Below are positions 47,869 through 60,348 of a DNA stretch of 64,000 nucleotides, one piece after another (the stretch's first letter is position 1; every line of letters begins with the position of its first letter). Under the pieces are notes generated by a model. That model was given only the letters and a program-made list of their open reading frames with translations, was not told the DNA's origin and did no database searches. The stretch is taken from assembly GCA_031362565.1 (NCBI GenBank), contig JANLSU010000051.1, positions 26,566 to 90,565 of the forward strand. The letters are read 5' to 3'. The stretch comes from a bacterium (GTDB taxonomy: Bacteria; Krumholzibacteriota; Krumholzibacteriia; G020349025). Both the position numbers and the translations under genes were made by a program.

Positions 47869-48387
47869 CTACGCTCCCAGATCGAGCAAACCCGGTGGCG
47901 GATCGATCCGCACGATCCCGGCGGCCTGGTCGATCTCGATCACGATGGCGTCGACCTGCGGGATCAAGTGCTCGCGGGCGCCGTCGCGCACCACGAGGAT
48001 GTCCTGCGCCGGCATGGCCAACACGTCGACAACTTCGCCCACCGGACTGCCATCCGCCAATTGCACCCGCATGCCGCGCACTTGGAACGGCCGGAGCGAG
48101 TCCGGCGGCGCGACGTCGGTGGCACCGGCGGCGAGCCACAGTTCCGATCCCACCAGCGATTCCGCCGCCGTTCGATCGCCGGCGTCGGCGACATGCAGCA
48201 CCCAGGTGCCGCGGCCATGCACCCGCGACTCGAGAACCTGGACCGGACGTTCGTCCTTGCGGCTGCGTAAGCGCAGCGACTCGCTCGCCAGCGCCCCTTG
48301 CCAAAAGTCACCGGACGCCAGCAGCTTCACTTCGCCGCGCAGCCCGACAGCTTTCACCACTTGGCCGAGATGGATTCCGTCGTTCAG
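47869..48387 (-). CDS. rimM: Ribosome maturation factor RimM
   Basis: LGQVVKAVGLRGEVK, DR..AE.L.G, G.V.DV...PAQDILVV, LIP.V, PP.GLLDL; start uncertain (CTG 48387 or GTG 48360). Confidence 0.88.
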   Translation of the reverse strand: MNDGIHLGQVVKAVGLRGEVKLLASGDFWQGALASESLRLRSRKDERPVQVLESRVHGRGTWVLHVADAGDRTAAESLVGSELWLAAGATDVAPPDSLRPFQVRGMRVQLADGSPVGEVVDVLAMPAQDILVVRDGAREHLIPQVDAIVIEIDQAAGIVRIDPPPGLLDLGA

Positions 48388-48390
48388 AAC

Positions 48391-48621
48391 TCACTCCTCG
48401 ATCTCGAGTACCGCCCGGCGGCCACCACGCGCGGCCGCCGCTCCCAGCAGCATGCGCAGCGCATGCGCCGTGCGCCCGTGTTTGCCGATGACCTTGCCCA
48501 CGTCCGCCGGCGCAACGCGCAACCGGTACACCGTGGTCGCATCCCCCGGGACTTCCTCGACCCGCACCGCCGCCGGCTCGTCCACGAGCGAGCGTGCCAC
48601 CAGTTCGACGAGCCCACGCAC
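48391..48621 (-). CDS. khpA: KH-domain RNA-binding protein KhpA
   Basis: LVE..A.SLVD.P..V, LRVA..DVGKVIGKHGRTA.ALR; between rpsP and rimM. Confidence 0.9.
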   Translation of the reverse strand: MRGLVELVARSLVDEPAAVRVEEVPGDATTVYRLRVAPADVGKVIGKHGRTAHALRMLLGAAAARGGRRAVLEIEE

Positions 48622-48626
48622 CGGGC

Positions 48627-49016
48627 TCAGGCCGGCGCCGGCAGAGCGGCCTTGGCCGCGGCCTTCTTCGACGGACGTGGCCGCTTGACGCGCGGCACCT
48701 GCTTGTCGAGCACCGCCGCGACCTGGCGCGTCGCTTCTTCCGTCGACACACCCTTCTGCATCAATTCCCACTTGAGCAGCATGCCCTTGGTTCGCATCAG
48801 CTCGCGCACCGTATCCGAGGGTTCGGCACCTTTGCGCAGCCAGGCGAAAATCGCTTCCTCTTTCAGGAGCACCGTCGCCGGGCGTTTGAGCGGGTCGTAA
48901 TGTCCCAGCTCTTGAATGGCACGGCCGTCACGCCGGTTGCGTGAATCGATCGCCACCACGCGGTAGAACGGCCGGTTCGTGTTTCCCATGCGTCGCAATC
49001 GCAGCTTGACCGACAA
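48627..49016 (-). CDS. rpsP: 30S ribosomal protein S16
   Basis: TTG with GGAGG RBS; VKLRL.RMG...RPFYRVV..DSR..RDGR.I..LG.YDP, WL..GA.PSDTV. Confidence 0.96.
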   Translation of the reverse strand: MSVKLRLRRMGNTNRPFYRVVAIDSRNRRDGRAIQELGHYDPLKRPATVLLKEEAIFAWLRKGAEPSDTVRELMRTKGMLLKWELMQKGVSTEEATRQVAAVLDKQVPRVKRPRPSKKAAAKAALPAPA

Positions 49017-49048
49017 TCTAAGAACCTCCAGGTATGCGGACCAGCGCG

Positions 49049-50413
49049 TCAATGGCCGCGCCGCTTGCCTCCGTATCGCTTCCCGCCGCTCCGGGCGGCG
49101 ACGACGCTGCGCGCCGCTGCCTTCGGATTGGTGTTCACGAGACGCATCATACGCTTCATCGAATCGAACTGTTTGAGCAGCACGTTGACTTCCTGCACGC
49201 TCGTGCCGCTGCCGCGCGCGATGCGCCGGCGCCGCGACCCGTCGATGACTTCCGGGTGTTGCCGCTCGCGCACCGTCATCGCGTGCACGATGCCTTGCAC
49301 GCGGTTGATCTGCCGCGGGTCGACCTTGGCCTGCGACATCATCGCCGGCGTCATTCCTGGGACAAGTCCGAGCACTTTCTCGAGCGGCCCCATGCGCTTG
49401 ACCTGCTGCAGTTGGTCGAGGAAATCCTCGAGCGTCAAGGTCTGCTTGCGCAGCTTGCGCTCGATGACCGCCGTCTGGTCGGCATCGAACGCTTCTTGCG
49501 CCTTCTCGATCAGGGTCAGAACGTCGCCCATGCCCAGAATGCGCTGCGCCAGCCGATCCGGATGGAACGGCTCGAGATCGTCGAGATTTTCGCCCACCCC
49601 GACGAACTTGATGGGCTTACCGAGCATGGCGCGTAGTGACAGCGCCGCGCCACCGCGAGCGTCGCCGTCGAGTTTCGTCAATGCGACGCCCGAGAGCGGC
49701 AAGTGCGTGTCGAATTCCTGGGCGACGCGCACCGCTTCCTGCCCCGTCATGGCATCGACGACCAAAAGAGTTTCGGACGGCTGCAAGGCAGTGTGAATCG
49801 CCGCCAGTTCGCGCATGAGTTCGGCGTCGACATGCAAGCGGCCGGCGGTGTCGACGATGACCGTGTCACGCAGATGCAACCGGGCATGAGTGCGGCCTTC
49901 GGTGGCGATCTTCGGAACGTTCATCTCACCCGGAAGCGTGAACACGGGAATGCCGGCCTGGGCTCCCAGCACTTGCAATTGTTCGATGGCGGCCGGCCGG
50001 TAGACGTCGGCGGCGACCAGCAACGGTTTGCGGCCGCGTTTTTCGAGGTGCCGCGCCAGCTTGGCCGCGAACGTCGTCTTACCCGAACCCTGCAAACCGC
50101 ACAGCAACACGACGGCCGGCTGGCCGCGCAAATCGATGTCGGCGACACGCTCGCCGAGGAGCAGCACCAATTCCTCGTGGACGATCTTGATGACCTGCTG
50201 GCCGGGCTGCAGGCTCCCAAGCACCTTTTCGCCGATGGCGCGCGCTTGCACGCGCTCGACGAAGTCGCGCGCCACCTGCAGGTGCACGTCGGCTTCCAAG
50301 AGCGCGCGACGGACTTCGAGCAGCGCCGTTGCGACGTTGTCCTCGGTCAGACGATTCTGACCGCGCAGCGTCCGCAGAACGCCGTCCAGCTTCTGAGTCA
50401 GGTCTTCGAACAC
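49049..50413 (-). CDS. ffh: Signal recognition particle protein
   Basis: EVRRALLEADV, GLQGSGKTT, DVYRPAAIEQL, DTAGRL, TKLDGDARGGAALS, FHPDRLA.RILGMGD, SRRRRIA.GSG. Confidence 0.97.
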   Translation of the reverse strand: MFEDLTQKLDGVLRTLRGQNRLTEDNVATALLEVRRALLEADVHLQVARDFVERVQARAIGEKVLGSLQPGQQVIKIVHEELVLLLGERVADIDLRGQPAVVLLCGLQGSGKTTFAAKLARHLEKRGRKPLLVAADVYRPAAIEQLQVLGAQAGIPVFTLPGEMNVPKIATEGRTHARLHLRDTVIVDTAGRLHVDAELMRELAAIHTALQPSETLLVVDAMTGQEAVRVAQEFDTHLPLSGVALTKLDGDARGGAALSLRAMLGKPIKFVGVGENLDDLEPFHPDRLAQRILGMGDVLTLIEKAQEAFDADQTAVIERKLRKQTLTLEDFLDQLQQVKRMGPLEKVLGLVPGMTPAMMSQAKVDPRQINRVQGIVHAMTVRERQHPEVIDGSRRRRIARGSGTSVQEVNVLLKQFDSMKRMMRLVNTNPKAAARSVVAARSGGKRYGGKRRGH

Positions 50414-50505
50414 GAAAAACGTCCTCGACCGCGTGGGCGTCTCGACGAACATTCGCAAGAGCAGGCACGCAAACGGCTTACGTTACCAGAGGCGGGCCCG
50501 GTGGA

Positions 50506-51213
50506 TCAAGGGGCCGCGACTCGCGCCGGCCCGGCGGCCCGAAGGGCCCGAATCGGCGCCTCGTAGGGCGGATGGCCGAAAACCGCGCTCCCCGCCACCA
50601 GGACATCGGCGCCCTGCGAACGCGCCGAAGTCGCTGTGCCAGAGGCGATTCCCCCGTCGACTTCGATCACAAACCGAAGTCCGGCAGCGGCCCGCGCGGC
50701 CGCCAGCGCCGCCACCTTCGGCAGCACCTCGGGCATGAAGGCCTGGCCGCCGCGGCCCGGAAAGACGGTCATCGCGAGCACCAGGTCGACTTGGGCAAGG
50801 AACGGCGCGACCCGTTCGAACGGCGTGTCCGGGTTCAGGGCGAGCCCGACGCGCGCCCCAGAAGCGCGCACCTCCGCCAGGGTCGCCTCGACGTCGGCGC
50901 AGGCTTCGACATGCACCGTAATTCCGTCCGCGCCCGCCTGCCGGAAATCGCCAACGTACCGCCCGGGCTCCACCACCATCAGATGCGTATCGAGAAAGAG
51001 CGTTGTCAGCTTGCGAATGCCGCGGATCACGACTGGACCCATCGTCAGGTTGCTGACGAATTGGCCGTCCATCACGTCGAGATGCAACAAGTCGCCGCCG
51101 GCGCGTTCGACCGCCGCAATTTCCTCCCCCAAGCGGGAGAAATCCGCCGACAAGAGTGATGGCGCCACGAGTGGACGATCAGTCGGGAGTCGAGACCACG
51201 AGATCAATCGCAT
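50506..51213 (-). CDS. rpe: Ribulose-phosphate 3-epimerase
   Basis: APSLLSADF, HLDVMDG.FV.NL, D.HLMV, H.EA, MTV.PG.GGQ.F, IEVDGG, VAGSAVF; start uncertain. Confidence 0.93.
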   Translation of the reverse strand: MRLISWSRLPTDRPLVAPSLLSADFSRLGEEIAAVERAGGDLLHLDVMDGQFVSNLTMGPVVIRGIRKLTTLFLDTHLMVVEPGRYVGDFRQAGADGITVHVEACADVEATLAEVRASGARVGLALNPDTPFERVAPFLAQVDLVLAMTVFPGRGGQAFMPEVLPKVAALAAARAAAGLRFVIEVDGGIASGTATSARSQGADVLVAGSAVFGHPPYEAPIRALRAAGPARVAAP

Positions 51214-51898
51214 CACCCCGCCGCACGAGCGAACCGCGCAGCGGTTGCTGTTCGAGCACGGTGCCTGGGTACACACCGCGCGCGGCGCGATACGTGACGC
51301 GGCCGATTCGGAAGCCGCGTGACTCGGCGAGCGCGCGCACGTCGCCCAGATCCTGGCCCAAAAAGCTCGGCATCAGATAGTCGTCGGTTGCATCACCGGT
51401 CGCGACCAAGAGGTCCACTGAATCGCCGAGCGCGGCCTCGGCGCCGAACCCGGGACGGGACGCTCGCACCATCGGCCCCACCGAGCCGCTGTGCACCTCG
51501 GCGACGCGACCGCGCGTCAGATGGGCGTTTTCGAGGGCGAGTTCGGCCTGGCGCACGGTCATGCCGCGGAGCGCCGGCACCAGCACCCGCTCCTGACCCA
51601 TACTGATCGTGACGCGCACCGTGCGGCCGGGTTTCACCGCCGCTCCGGCCGCCGGCGACTGCGCGACGACGTGATCGGCCGGTAGAGTATCGCTGTGACG
51701 CCGGTCTTCTTCCTGCAAACGCAGGCCGGCTCGGGCGCACGCCTGCTCGGCTGCTTGGCGCGACAGGCCCTCGACCGCCGGCACCGGCACCGTCTGAGCG
51801 TGGCGGACGAGGCGCGGCATCAGCACGAAATTGAACAGCAGGGCGCCGAGCACGAAAGCGCCGAGGACGCCGAAGAGAATCGCTCCGAATTGCCGCAT
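51179..51898 (-). CDS. PASTA domain-containing membrane protein (no kinase domain)
   Basis: N-terminal TM then three VP.V.G/VPALRG/MPSFLG...Q.P..G..V PASTA repeats. Confidence 0.85.
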   Translation of the reverse strand: MRQFGAILFGVLGAFVLGALLFNFVLMPRLVRHAQTVPVPAVEGLSRQAAEQACARAGLRLQEEDRRHSDTLPADHVVAQSPAAGAAVKPGRTVRVTISMGQERVLVPALRGMTVRQAELALENAHLTRGRVAEVHSGSVGPMVRASRPGFGAEAALGDSVDLLVATGDATDDYLMPSFLGQDLGDVRALAESRGFRIGRVTYRAARGVYPGTVLEQQPLRGSLVRRGDAIDLVVSTPD

Positions 51899-51905
51899 CG
51901 TCCCT

Positions 51906-53210
51906 CTACCTCGTCCCGGTCCGCCGCCACCGCGCCACGAATCCACCATCGACCCCATGGCGCTGCGGCAAGCAATACAGAATCCCCGGCCCGCTACGCA
52001 ACGATTCCGGCACATCCACGTCATCCGGTTCGAATTCCGGGTGCCGGGCCGCGAACTGTGCCGTTACGCCGGAGGTTTCTTCCGGTTCGAAGGAGCAAAC
52101 GCTGTAGATGAGGCGGCCGCCGGGGCGGACGTGGGCCGCGGCGTTCTCGAGCAGTGCCGACTGCAACGCGGCGAGTCGCGGCAGGTCCTCGGGTTGTTTG
52201 CGCCACCGCAGGTCGGGCCGGCGCGCCAAAACTCCCAGGCCCGAGCACGGCGCATCGAGTAGCACGGCGTCGGCCGGTTCGGTGCGTACCCGCCGGCCGT
52301 CGGCCACCGTCGCTGTGACGTTGGTGAGTCCCAGGCGCGCCGCGTTGTCACGAATGCGCGCCACTTTGTCGTCGGTGCGATCGAAAGCCCCGACGATGCC
52401 GGTATCGTCCATTGCCTCACCCATGTGGCACGCCTTGCCGCCGGGCGCCGCGGCTAAATCCAGGACGCGTTCCTCGCGCCCGGCCGCAACCACCAGCCCG
52501 ACCATGGTGCCGCTCTCGTCCTGCACGCTGGCTTCGCCCGCTTCCACGAGGGCCCGCGCCACGCCATACTTCGGAGTCGGCAACCGGATCGTCACCGGCG
52601 ACCATTGTCCGGCCACCGAGCCCGGCAAGCGGCTGAGGAGTGCGTCCCGGGTGGTGCGGCGCAGGTTGGCACGCAAACACAACTCGGGCCGCCGGTTGTC
52701 ATAGGCGCAAAGCGTTGCGGTCTCGGCCGCGCCGAAGCGCTCGAGCCAGCGCTTCACCAGCCAATGCGGATGCGACGTCGCGGCCGCCAGATTGGCGATG
52801 GTCCCACCCTGTTCGGGTAATTCGGCGCCGCCGCGTAGCACCGACCGCAGTACAGCGTTGACGAATCCGGCCGCATAGCGGGCGTGCTGTTTCGTTTGCT
52901 CGACGGTCTCGTGCACGACCGCGTACTCCGTCGCGCCGTCGGCCTCGAGCAACTGATAGGCACCCAAACGCAGCAACACCCGCACTGCCGGATCGAGCCG
53001 CGCGAACGGCCGGCTCGAGTGCGGTGCGAGGACGGCGTCGAGCCGGCCGCGCAGGCGTGTCGTTCCACTCGCAAGTTCGTGCGCGACACCACGCGCGCGC
53101 GGCGTCGCCGGTGTTGCGCCGCGCGTCGCGCCCGACCACGCACCATCCCACGTCGCGCCGGATTCGAGTGCGTTCAGGACGGCAAATGCGAGTTCACGGC
53201 CGGGATCCAT
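51906..53210 (-). CDS. rsmB: 16S rRNA m5C967 methyltransferase RsmB/Sun
   Basis: NusB-like N-term (LRLG.YQL, GFVNAVLR), SHP.WLV.RW, VQDES, VLDL.AAPGGK, DAPCSG.G..ARRPD.RW, YSVCS. Confidence 0.92.
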   Translation of the reverse strand: MDPGRELAFAVLNALESGATWDGAWSGATRGATPATPRARGVAHELASGTTRLRGRLDAVLAPHSSRPFARLDPAVRVLLRLGAYQLLEADGATEYAVVHETVEQTKQHARYAAGFVNAVLRSVLRGGAELPEQGGTIANLAAATSHPHWLVKRWLERFGAAETATLCAYDNRRPELCLRANLRRTTRDALLSRLPGSVAGQWSPVTIRLPTPKYGVARALVEAGEASVQDESGTMVGLVVAAGREERVLDLAAAPGGKACHMGEAMDDTGIVGAFDRTDDKVARIRDNAARLGLTNVTATVADGRRVRTEPADAVLLDAPCSGLGVLARRPDLRWRKQPEDLPRLAALQSALLENAAAHVRPGGRLIYSVCSFEPEETSGVTAQFAARHPEFEPDDVDVPESLRSGPGILYCLPQRHGVDGGFVARWRRTGTR

Positions 53211-53319
53211 CTGCCACCGTTCATTCGGAGATCGAGTCGGCGCTTGGCGCCGGCGCACCGGTGCGGCGCGCCGTCCACCCGTCCACCACAGTAGCGTATC
53301 GCGTCGCGGCCCGCGCTCT

Positions 53320-54258
53320 TTAGGAGCCTAGAACCTGGCCCGGATGGAACACCCGCCCGGCGACGAGATCTCGCGCCCGGACCCGCGACCGGCCGGCGAT
53401 TTGCACGTCCACGAGTTCGAGCTTGCCGGCGCCGCACGCGACCCACACGCCGGTGCGGCCATCGGCTTCGAGCAGCGTGCCCGGCGGCGCCGCGTGCACC
53501 GAGTCCACGGCGCGCGCGCGGTGCACCTTGAGAGACGCGCCGGCGAGGGTCGTGAAAGCGCCGGGCCATTCGTACAGGGCGCGCACTTGCCGCTCGAGAG
53601 CGCGCGCCGCAAGCGACCAGTCGAGACGGCCTTCTGACTTTTCCAAGCGCGGCGCGTACGTCGCCCCCGCCGCAGGTTGGGCGACGGGTCGGATGCGGCC
53701 TTCGATGTAGCCGTCGAGATGCGCGCTCAACAGATCGGCACCGAGCCGCGCCAGGCGTGCCGTGAGCGTCACCCGAGTGTCGCCAGGATCGATGCTGAGG
53801 GATTCGCGCGCCAGAACCGGCCCCGTATCGACACCTTCGTCGAGCACCATGAGACTCGTACCGGTGGTCTCGTCGCCGGCCCACAGAGCGCGCTCGATGG
53901 GGGCGACCCCGCGCCAACGCGGCAGGAGTGACGCGTGCACATTGACCGCGCCGTGCGGCACGGCCCCCAGCGTCGAGGCCTTCAGAATGTGCCCGAAGGC
54001 GACCACAACCAGGACGTCGACCGCGAGTTCGCAGAGCCGCGCTTCGAACGTGGCGCGTTCGCGCCGCGCATACAGGAGTACGGGCAGATCGCGGGCGTTG
54101 GCGGCGCGCCGCACCGGCGTTGGTTCGAGCTTGCGGCCGCGCCCCGCGGGACGGTCGGGCTGGGTCACGACCAGCACGACTTCGAAATGTTGCAGAACCG
54201 CCTCGAGACTCGGCACCGCGAATTCCGGGCTGCCGAGAAACGCGATACGCGCCGTCAC
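53320..54258 (-). CDS. fmt: Methionyl-tRNA formyltransferase
   Basis: FLGSPEFAVPSL, VVTQPDRPAGRG, NVHASLLPRWRG.API, D.GPV, TYA..L.K.EG..DW. Confidence 0.96.
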   Translation of the reverse strand: MTARIAFLGSPEFAVPSLEAVLQHFEVVLVVTQPDRPAGRGRKLEPTPVRRAANARDLPVLLYARRERATFEARLCELAVDVLVVVAFGHILKASTLGAVPHGAVNVHASLLPRWRGVAPIERALWAGDETTGTSLMVLDEGVDTGPVLARESLSIDPGDTRVTLTARLARLGADLLSAHLDGYIEGRIRPVAQPAAGATYAPRLEKSEGRLDWSLAARALERQVRALYEWPGAFTTLAGASLKVHRARAVDSVHAAPPGTLLEADGRTGVWVACGAGKLELVDVQIAGRSRVRARDLVAGRVFHPGQVLGS

Positions 54259-54262
54259 GGCG

Positions 54263-54787
54263 TCACGGGCGCGCGACGGCCGCGAGCCGTTGCAGGCGTT
54301 TGCGCAGCAGTTGGCGTTTCAACAGCGACACTCGATCCACGAACAGGATGCCATCGAGGTGGTCGACTTCGTGTTGCACGACTCTCGCCAACAGCCCGGC
54401 CGCATCCCGTTCGAGCGTGGCGCCGTCGATCTGGGTGTAGCGCAAGCGGATGGCGCGCGGCCGGTCCACCATTTCGGTGATGTCCGGCACGCTCAAGCAG
54501 CCCTCTTCGAAGGGCACGACATCCGGCGACCGCCAGGTGATCTCCGGATTCACCAGCACGAGCGGCGGGCCGATGTTTTGCCCGGCCTCGTCGTCCGCCA
54601 ACGCCGCGATCACCACGAGACGCTCGGAGACGCCGACCTGTGGCGCCGCCAAACCAATCCCCGGCTCGTCATACATGGTCTCGAACATGTCGTCGACGAG
54701 CGGCTTCAAAGCCGTGAGGTCACCGGTGACCGGCAGGCTCTTGCGGCGCAGAACCGCATCTCCATAGGTGAGAACTCGACGCAGCAC
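54263..54787 (-). CDS. def: Peptide deformylase
   Basis: GIGLAAPQVG, EGCLSVP, QHEVDHLDGILF. Confidence 0.97.
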   Translation of the reverse strand: MLRRVLTYGDAVLRRKSLPVTGDLTALKPLVDDMFETMYDEPGIGLAAPQVGVSERLVVIAALADDEAGQNIGPPLVLVNPEITWRSPDVVPFEEGCLSVPDITEMVDRPRAIRLRYTQIDGATLERDAAGLLARVVQHEVDHLDGILFVDRVSLLKRQLLRKRLQRLAAVARP

Positions 54788-54862
54788 GAACCAGCCTCCC
54801 GTCTCGTTGTCCGACCATCCATTGCAGAGTACCGAGCGGCCGCGCCCCGAGCAAGCCGGGCT

Positions 54863-55152
54863 TCACTCCTCGATGGCGCCGCTCGAGACCACCTGCTGCA
54901 CCGCGGCGCGGCTCAGATCGGCGCGCGTCGTGTCACCGATCTTGACGACCAACCGGTCATCGCCCTTGGTGGCGAGTACGGTCACGAACAGCCCGCCCGT
55001 CGTCAGGATCTGATCGCCTTTCTTGACCTGTTTGAGCATCGATTCCCGCTCCTTCTGGCGCTTCGACTGCGGCCGCAGGATCATGAAATACATGACCGCG
55101 AAGACCATGACCAGCGACAGCAGGAACGAAAAACCGGTCGGATCCTTCATCA

Positions 55153-55153
<1 letters not shown>
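54863..55153 (-). CDS. yajC: Preprotein translocase subunit YajC
   Basis: YFMILRPQ.KRQKE...M...VKKGD.I.T.GG; follows tgt. Confidence 0.92.
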
Positions 55154-57397
<2,244 letters not shown>

Positions 57398-57401
<4 letters not shown>

Positions 57402-58420
57402 GAGAACAGACGCCCGTTCGTATCGCGCCGCAGGCCGAGGTGTTGATAGGCCAGATCCGTCGCTTCGCGGCCCCGCGCGGTGCGGGCGATGAAACCCTCT
57501 TGCAGGAGGAACGGTTCATAGACGTCTTCCAGCGTCTCGACGTCTTCGGAAAGGGCCGAGGCGACCGTGCCGACGCCGACCGGGCCGCCGGCGAACTTCT
57601 CGACGATGACGCGCAGAAAAGCGCGGTCCATGTCGTCCAAACCGCGCTCGTCGACGTCGAGGCGCGCCAGCGCGTAGCGCGCAATCTCCACGTCGACCGA
57701 GGCATGGCCTTCGACCTGGGCGAAATCACGCGTCCGCCGCAAGAGCCGGTTGGCGATACGCGGCGTGCCGCGCGACCGCCGGGCGATTTCGAACGCCGCC
57801 TCCGCCGCAATATCGATCTCGAGCAAGGCCGCCGAGCGGGTCACGATGCGCTGCAATTCCTCGGCGCTGTAGAACCCGAGGCGAATATTGAGTCCGAAGC
57901 GGCTGCGCAGTGGTGCCGTCAACATGCCGGCGCGCGTCGTTGCGCCCACTAGAGTGAAGGGTTCGAGCGACAAGCTGTAGTGGCGCGCATTGGGACCCTT
58001 GTCGACGATGAGTTCACACCGCCGCTCTTCCATCGCCGGATACAGGTGCTCCTCGACGACATGGTTCAGGCGGTGAATCTCGTCCAAGAATAGTACGTGC
58101 CGCGGTTTGAGGTGCGACAGCACGCCGAGCAAGTCGGCCGGGGTCGTGAAGACCGGGCCGGACGCGATCTTGATCGGCGATCCCATGGCTTCGGCGATGA
58201 TGTGCGCCAGCGTCGTCTTGCCGAGGCCGGGCGGGCCGGACAGCAACACATGATCGAGCGCCTCGCCGCGCTGGCGGGCTGCCTCGATGAAGACCCGCAG
58301 GTTGGCCTTCACCTTGTCCTGGCCGACATACTCTTCGAGCGTCCGCGGGCGCAGACGCGCCTCGTTCGGAACATCCTCGCTCGCCTGCTGCGGGTCGACA
58401 ACGCGCGCTTTCGAATCCAT
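57398..58420 (-). CDS. ruvB: Holliday junction branch migration helicase RuvB
   Basis: LRP..L.EYVGQ, GPPGLGKTTLA, FLDEIHRL, GATTRAG, RGTPRIANRLLRR, EPFLLQ.G...RT.RGR. Confidence 0.97.
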
Positions 58421-58450
58421 GCCCCACCTCTTCTTTGAGCGCCGCCGGCG

Positions 58451-59044
58451 TCACGCCACCGGTCGCACGCCGCCTTGCAGAGCCGCCTTCACGAGATCCT
58501 CGACACGCGCTGCGGGGCCGAGGCCGTTCGAGCGCACCTTGTCGACCGCATCGCGCGCCGTGCGCGGACTCAAACCGAGTGACACGAGGGCGAGCACGGC
58601 CTCCTCGTAGCGCGGATCCGCGCCGAGCGCGCTCGCCGCCGGCCGGGCCCCGAGCTTGCCTTGCAGTTCCACGACGAGCCGCGCCGCGGTCTTCTTGCCG
58701 ACGCCCGGCAACTTGACGAGATACGACTCGTCGCCGGCCTGCAGTGCGTGGACCAGATCCTCGTGCGGCGCGCTCGACAGGAGCGTCAGCGCGACGCGCG
58801 GGCCGACGCCGTTGACCGACAACAATTGCACGAACAGGGCGCGTTCGTCTTCGGTCGTGAAGCCGTACAACGCCAAATGATCTTCCCGGACTTGCAAATA
58901 GGTTTGCAGCATGACGGTGGCGCCGCGCGCCGGCAATTGGGCGGCGGTGCGGGCCGAAACATGGACTGCGAAACCGACCCCGCCGACGTCGATCACCAGT
59001 ACGGGATCGAGAGCCGCCACGACCCCACGCAAACTCGAAATCAC
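58451..59044 (-). CDS. ruvA: Holliday junction branch migration protein RuvA
   Basis: I..L.G, DVGGVG, VRED...LYGF, V.GVGPR.AL, PGVGKKTA.R.V.EL, EAV.AL..LG. Confidence 0.95.
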   Translation of the reverse strand: MISSLRGVVAALDPVLVIDVGGVGFAVHVSARTAAQLPARGATVMLQTYLQVREDHLALYGFTTEDERALFVQLLSVNGVGPRVALTLLSSAPHEDLVHALQAGDESYLVKLPGVGKKTAARLVVELQGKLGARPAASALGADPRYEEAVLALVSLGLSPRTARDAVDKVRSNGLGPAARVEDLVKAALQGGVRPVA

Positions 59045-59054
59045 GCTTTGCCTC

Positions 59055-59543
59055 TCATTCCACCAGGCGCAGCGGCCGCTGCGCCTCCAGGTGACACAGT
59101 GCCAGCGCCAGCGCATCGGTCTCGTCGAAGGAGCCGCTCGGCACGAAACCGAGAATGCTCGCCACCATGTCGCTGACGCGGGATTTTTCCGCGGCGCCGT
59201 GACCGGTGATCGACAGCTTGACGCGCGCCGGCGCATATTCCGCCACCGGGACCGCGTGCACAGCGGCCGCCAGCATGCAGACCCCGCGCGCATGACCCAG
59301 AATCAACGCACTGCGCACATTGCGTTGGTGAAAAACGCCCTCGATGGCACAAGCCTCGGGCGCGTAGGCCGCAAAAATGCGCCCCAGCTCGGCGTGCAAA
59401 CGGGCGAGGCGCTCCGGCAGCGGCCCCACCCCAAGCCGAATGACACCGCTCGCGATGCGCGCCGGCCCGTCCGGCCCCAGCGCCACGCAACCATACCCCG
59501 TCCGCTCGGTTCCGGGGTCGAGACCCAGGATTCGCAACCGCAC
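59055..59543 (-). CDS. ruvC: Crossover junction endodeoxyribonuclease RuvC
   Basis: ILGLDPG...TGYG, AIE.VF...N..SAL.LG.ARGV, EY.P..VK..ITG.G.A.K, D..DALA.A.CH. Confidence 0.95.
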   Translation of the reverse strand: MRLRILGLDPGTERTGYGCVALGPDGPARIASGVIRLGVGPLPERLARLHAELGRIFAAYAPEACAIEGVFHQRNVRSALILGHARGVCMLAAAVHAVPVAEYAPARVKLSITGHGAAEKSRVSDMVASILGFVPSGSFDETDALALALCHLEAQRPLRLVE

Positions 59544-59568
59544 CCTCCCCGCCGCCGGTGTTCGCTCA

Positions 59569-60315
59569 TCACTCGATCTTGGCCATGTCTGCTTCGGAGA
59601 TCTCGAAGTTGGCGTACACCTTCTGGACGTCGTCCAGATCCTCCATGCGTTCCATGAGCTTGAGCATCGTCTGCGCCTTCTGACCCGCGAGCACTACGGT
59701 CGTGAGCGGCAGGCGCGCCACTTCCGCCGATTCGTACACGATGCCGGCGCCTTCCAGGGCCCGGGTCACGGGTTCGAGCATCTGCGGCGCGGTCAACACT
59801 TCGAAGATGTCGCCATCGCGCCGCACGTCGCTGGCGCCGCCGTCCAGGGCCGCGCCCAGCAGCGTGTCTTCGTCCACTTTGTCGGCCTCGACGATCAGGT
59901 AGCCGCTGGTGGTGAACAAATGCGCCACCGTACCCGTCTGCCCCAGGTTGCCGCCGTGCTTGTCGAGCACGAAGCGGACGTCCATCGCGGTGCGATTCCG
60001 GTTCTCGGTCAACGACTCGATCATGATCGCGACGCCTCCCGGACCGTACCCCTCGTAGAGAATCTCCTCGTACACCACACCTTCGAGCCCACCGGCGCCT
60101 TTTTCGATCGCCTTCTTGATGTTGTCCTGCGGCATGTTGGCGCCGCGGGCCCGCGCCACGGCCAGGCGCAATCGCGGGTTGCCGTTCACGTCGCCGCCCC
60201 CCATGCGGGCTGCGACCGTGATCTCCTTGATGAGCTTACTGAACACCTTCGAGCGCTGGGCGTCCTTCGCACCCTTCTTGCGCTTGATGGTGCTCCATTT
60301 CGAATGACCCGACAT
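59569..60315 (-). CDS. yebC: YebC/PmpR family protein
   Basis: MSGHSKW..IKRKK...DA.R.K.F.KL.KEI, YEGYGP.G, N.NRT, EDLDDVQ.VY.N. Confidence 0.96.
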   Translation of the reverse strand: MSGHSKWSTIKRKKGAKDAQRSKVFSKLIKEITVAARMGGGDVNGNPRLRLAVARARGANMPQDNIKKAIEKGAGGLEGVVYEEILYEGYGPGGVAIMIESLTENRNRTAMDVRFVLDKHGGNLGQTGTVAHLFTTSGYLIVEADKVDEDTLLGAALDGGASDVRRDGDIFEVLTAPQMLEPVTRALEGAGIVYESAEVARLPLTTVVLAGQKAQTMLKLMERMEDLDDVQKVYANFEISEADMAKIE

Positions 60316-60348
60316 GCGGCTCTTTTCGGCAGCCGTGACGCACCAACG

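Noticed and set aside
50414..50505. SRP RNA near ffh
   Set aside because: Gap too short and lacks the conserved SRP domain IV motif
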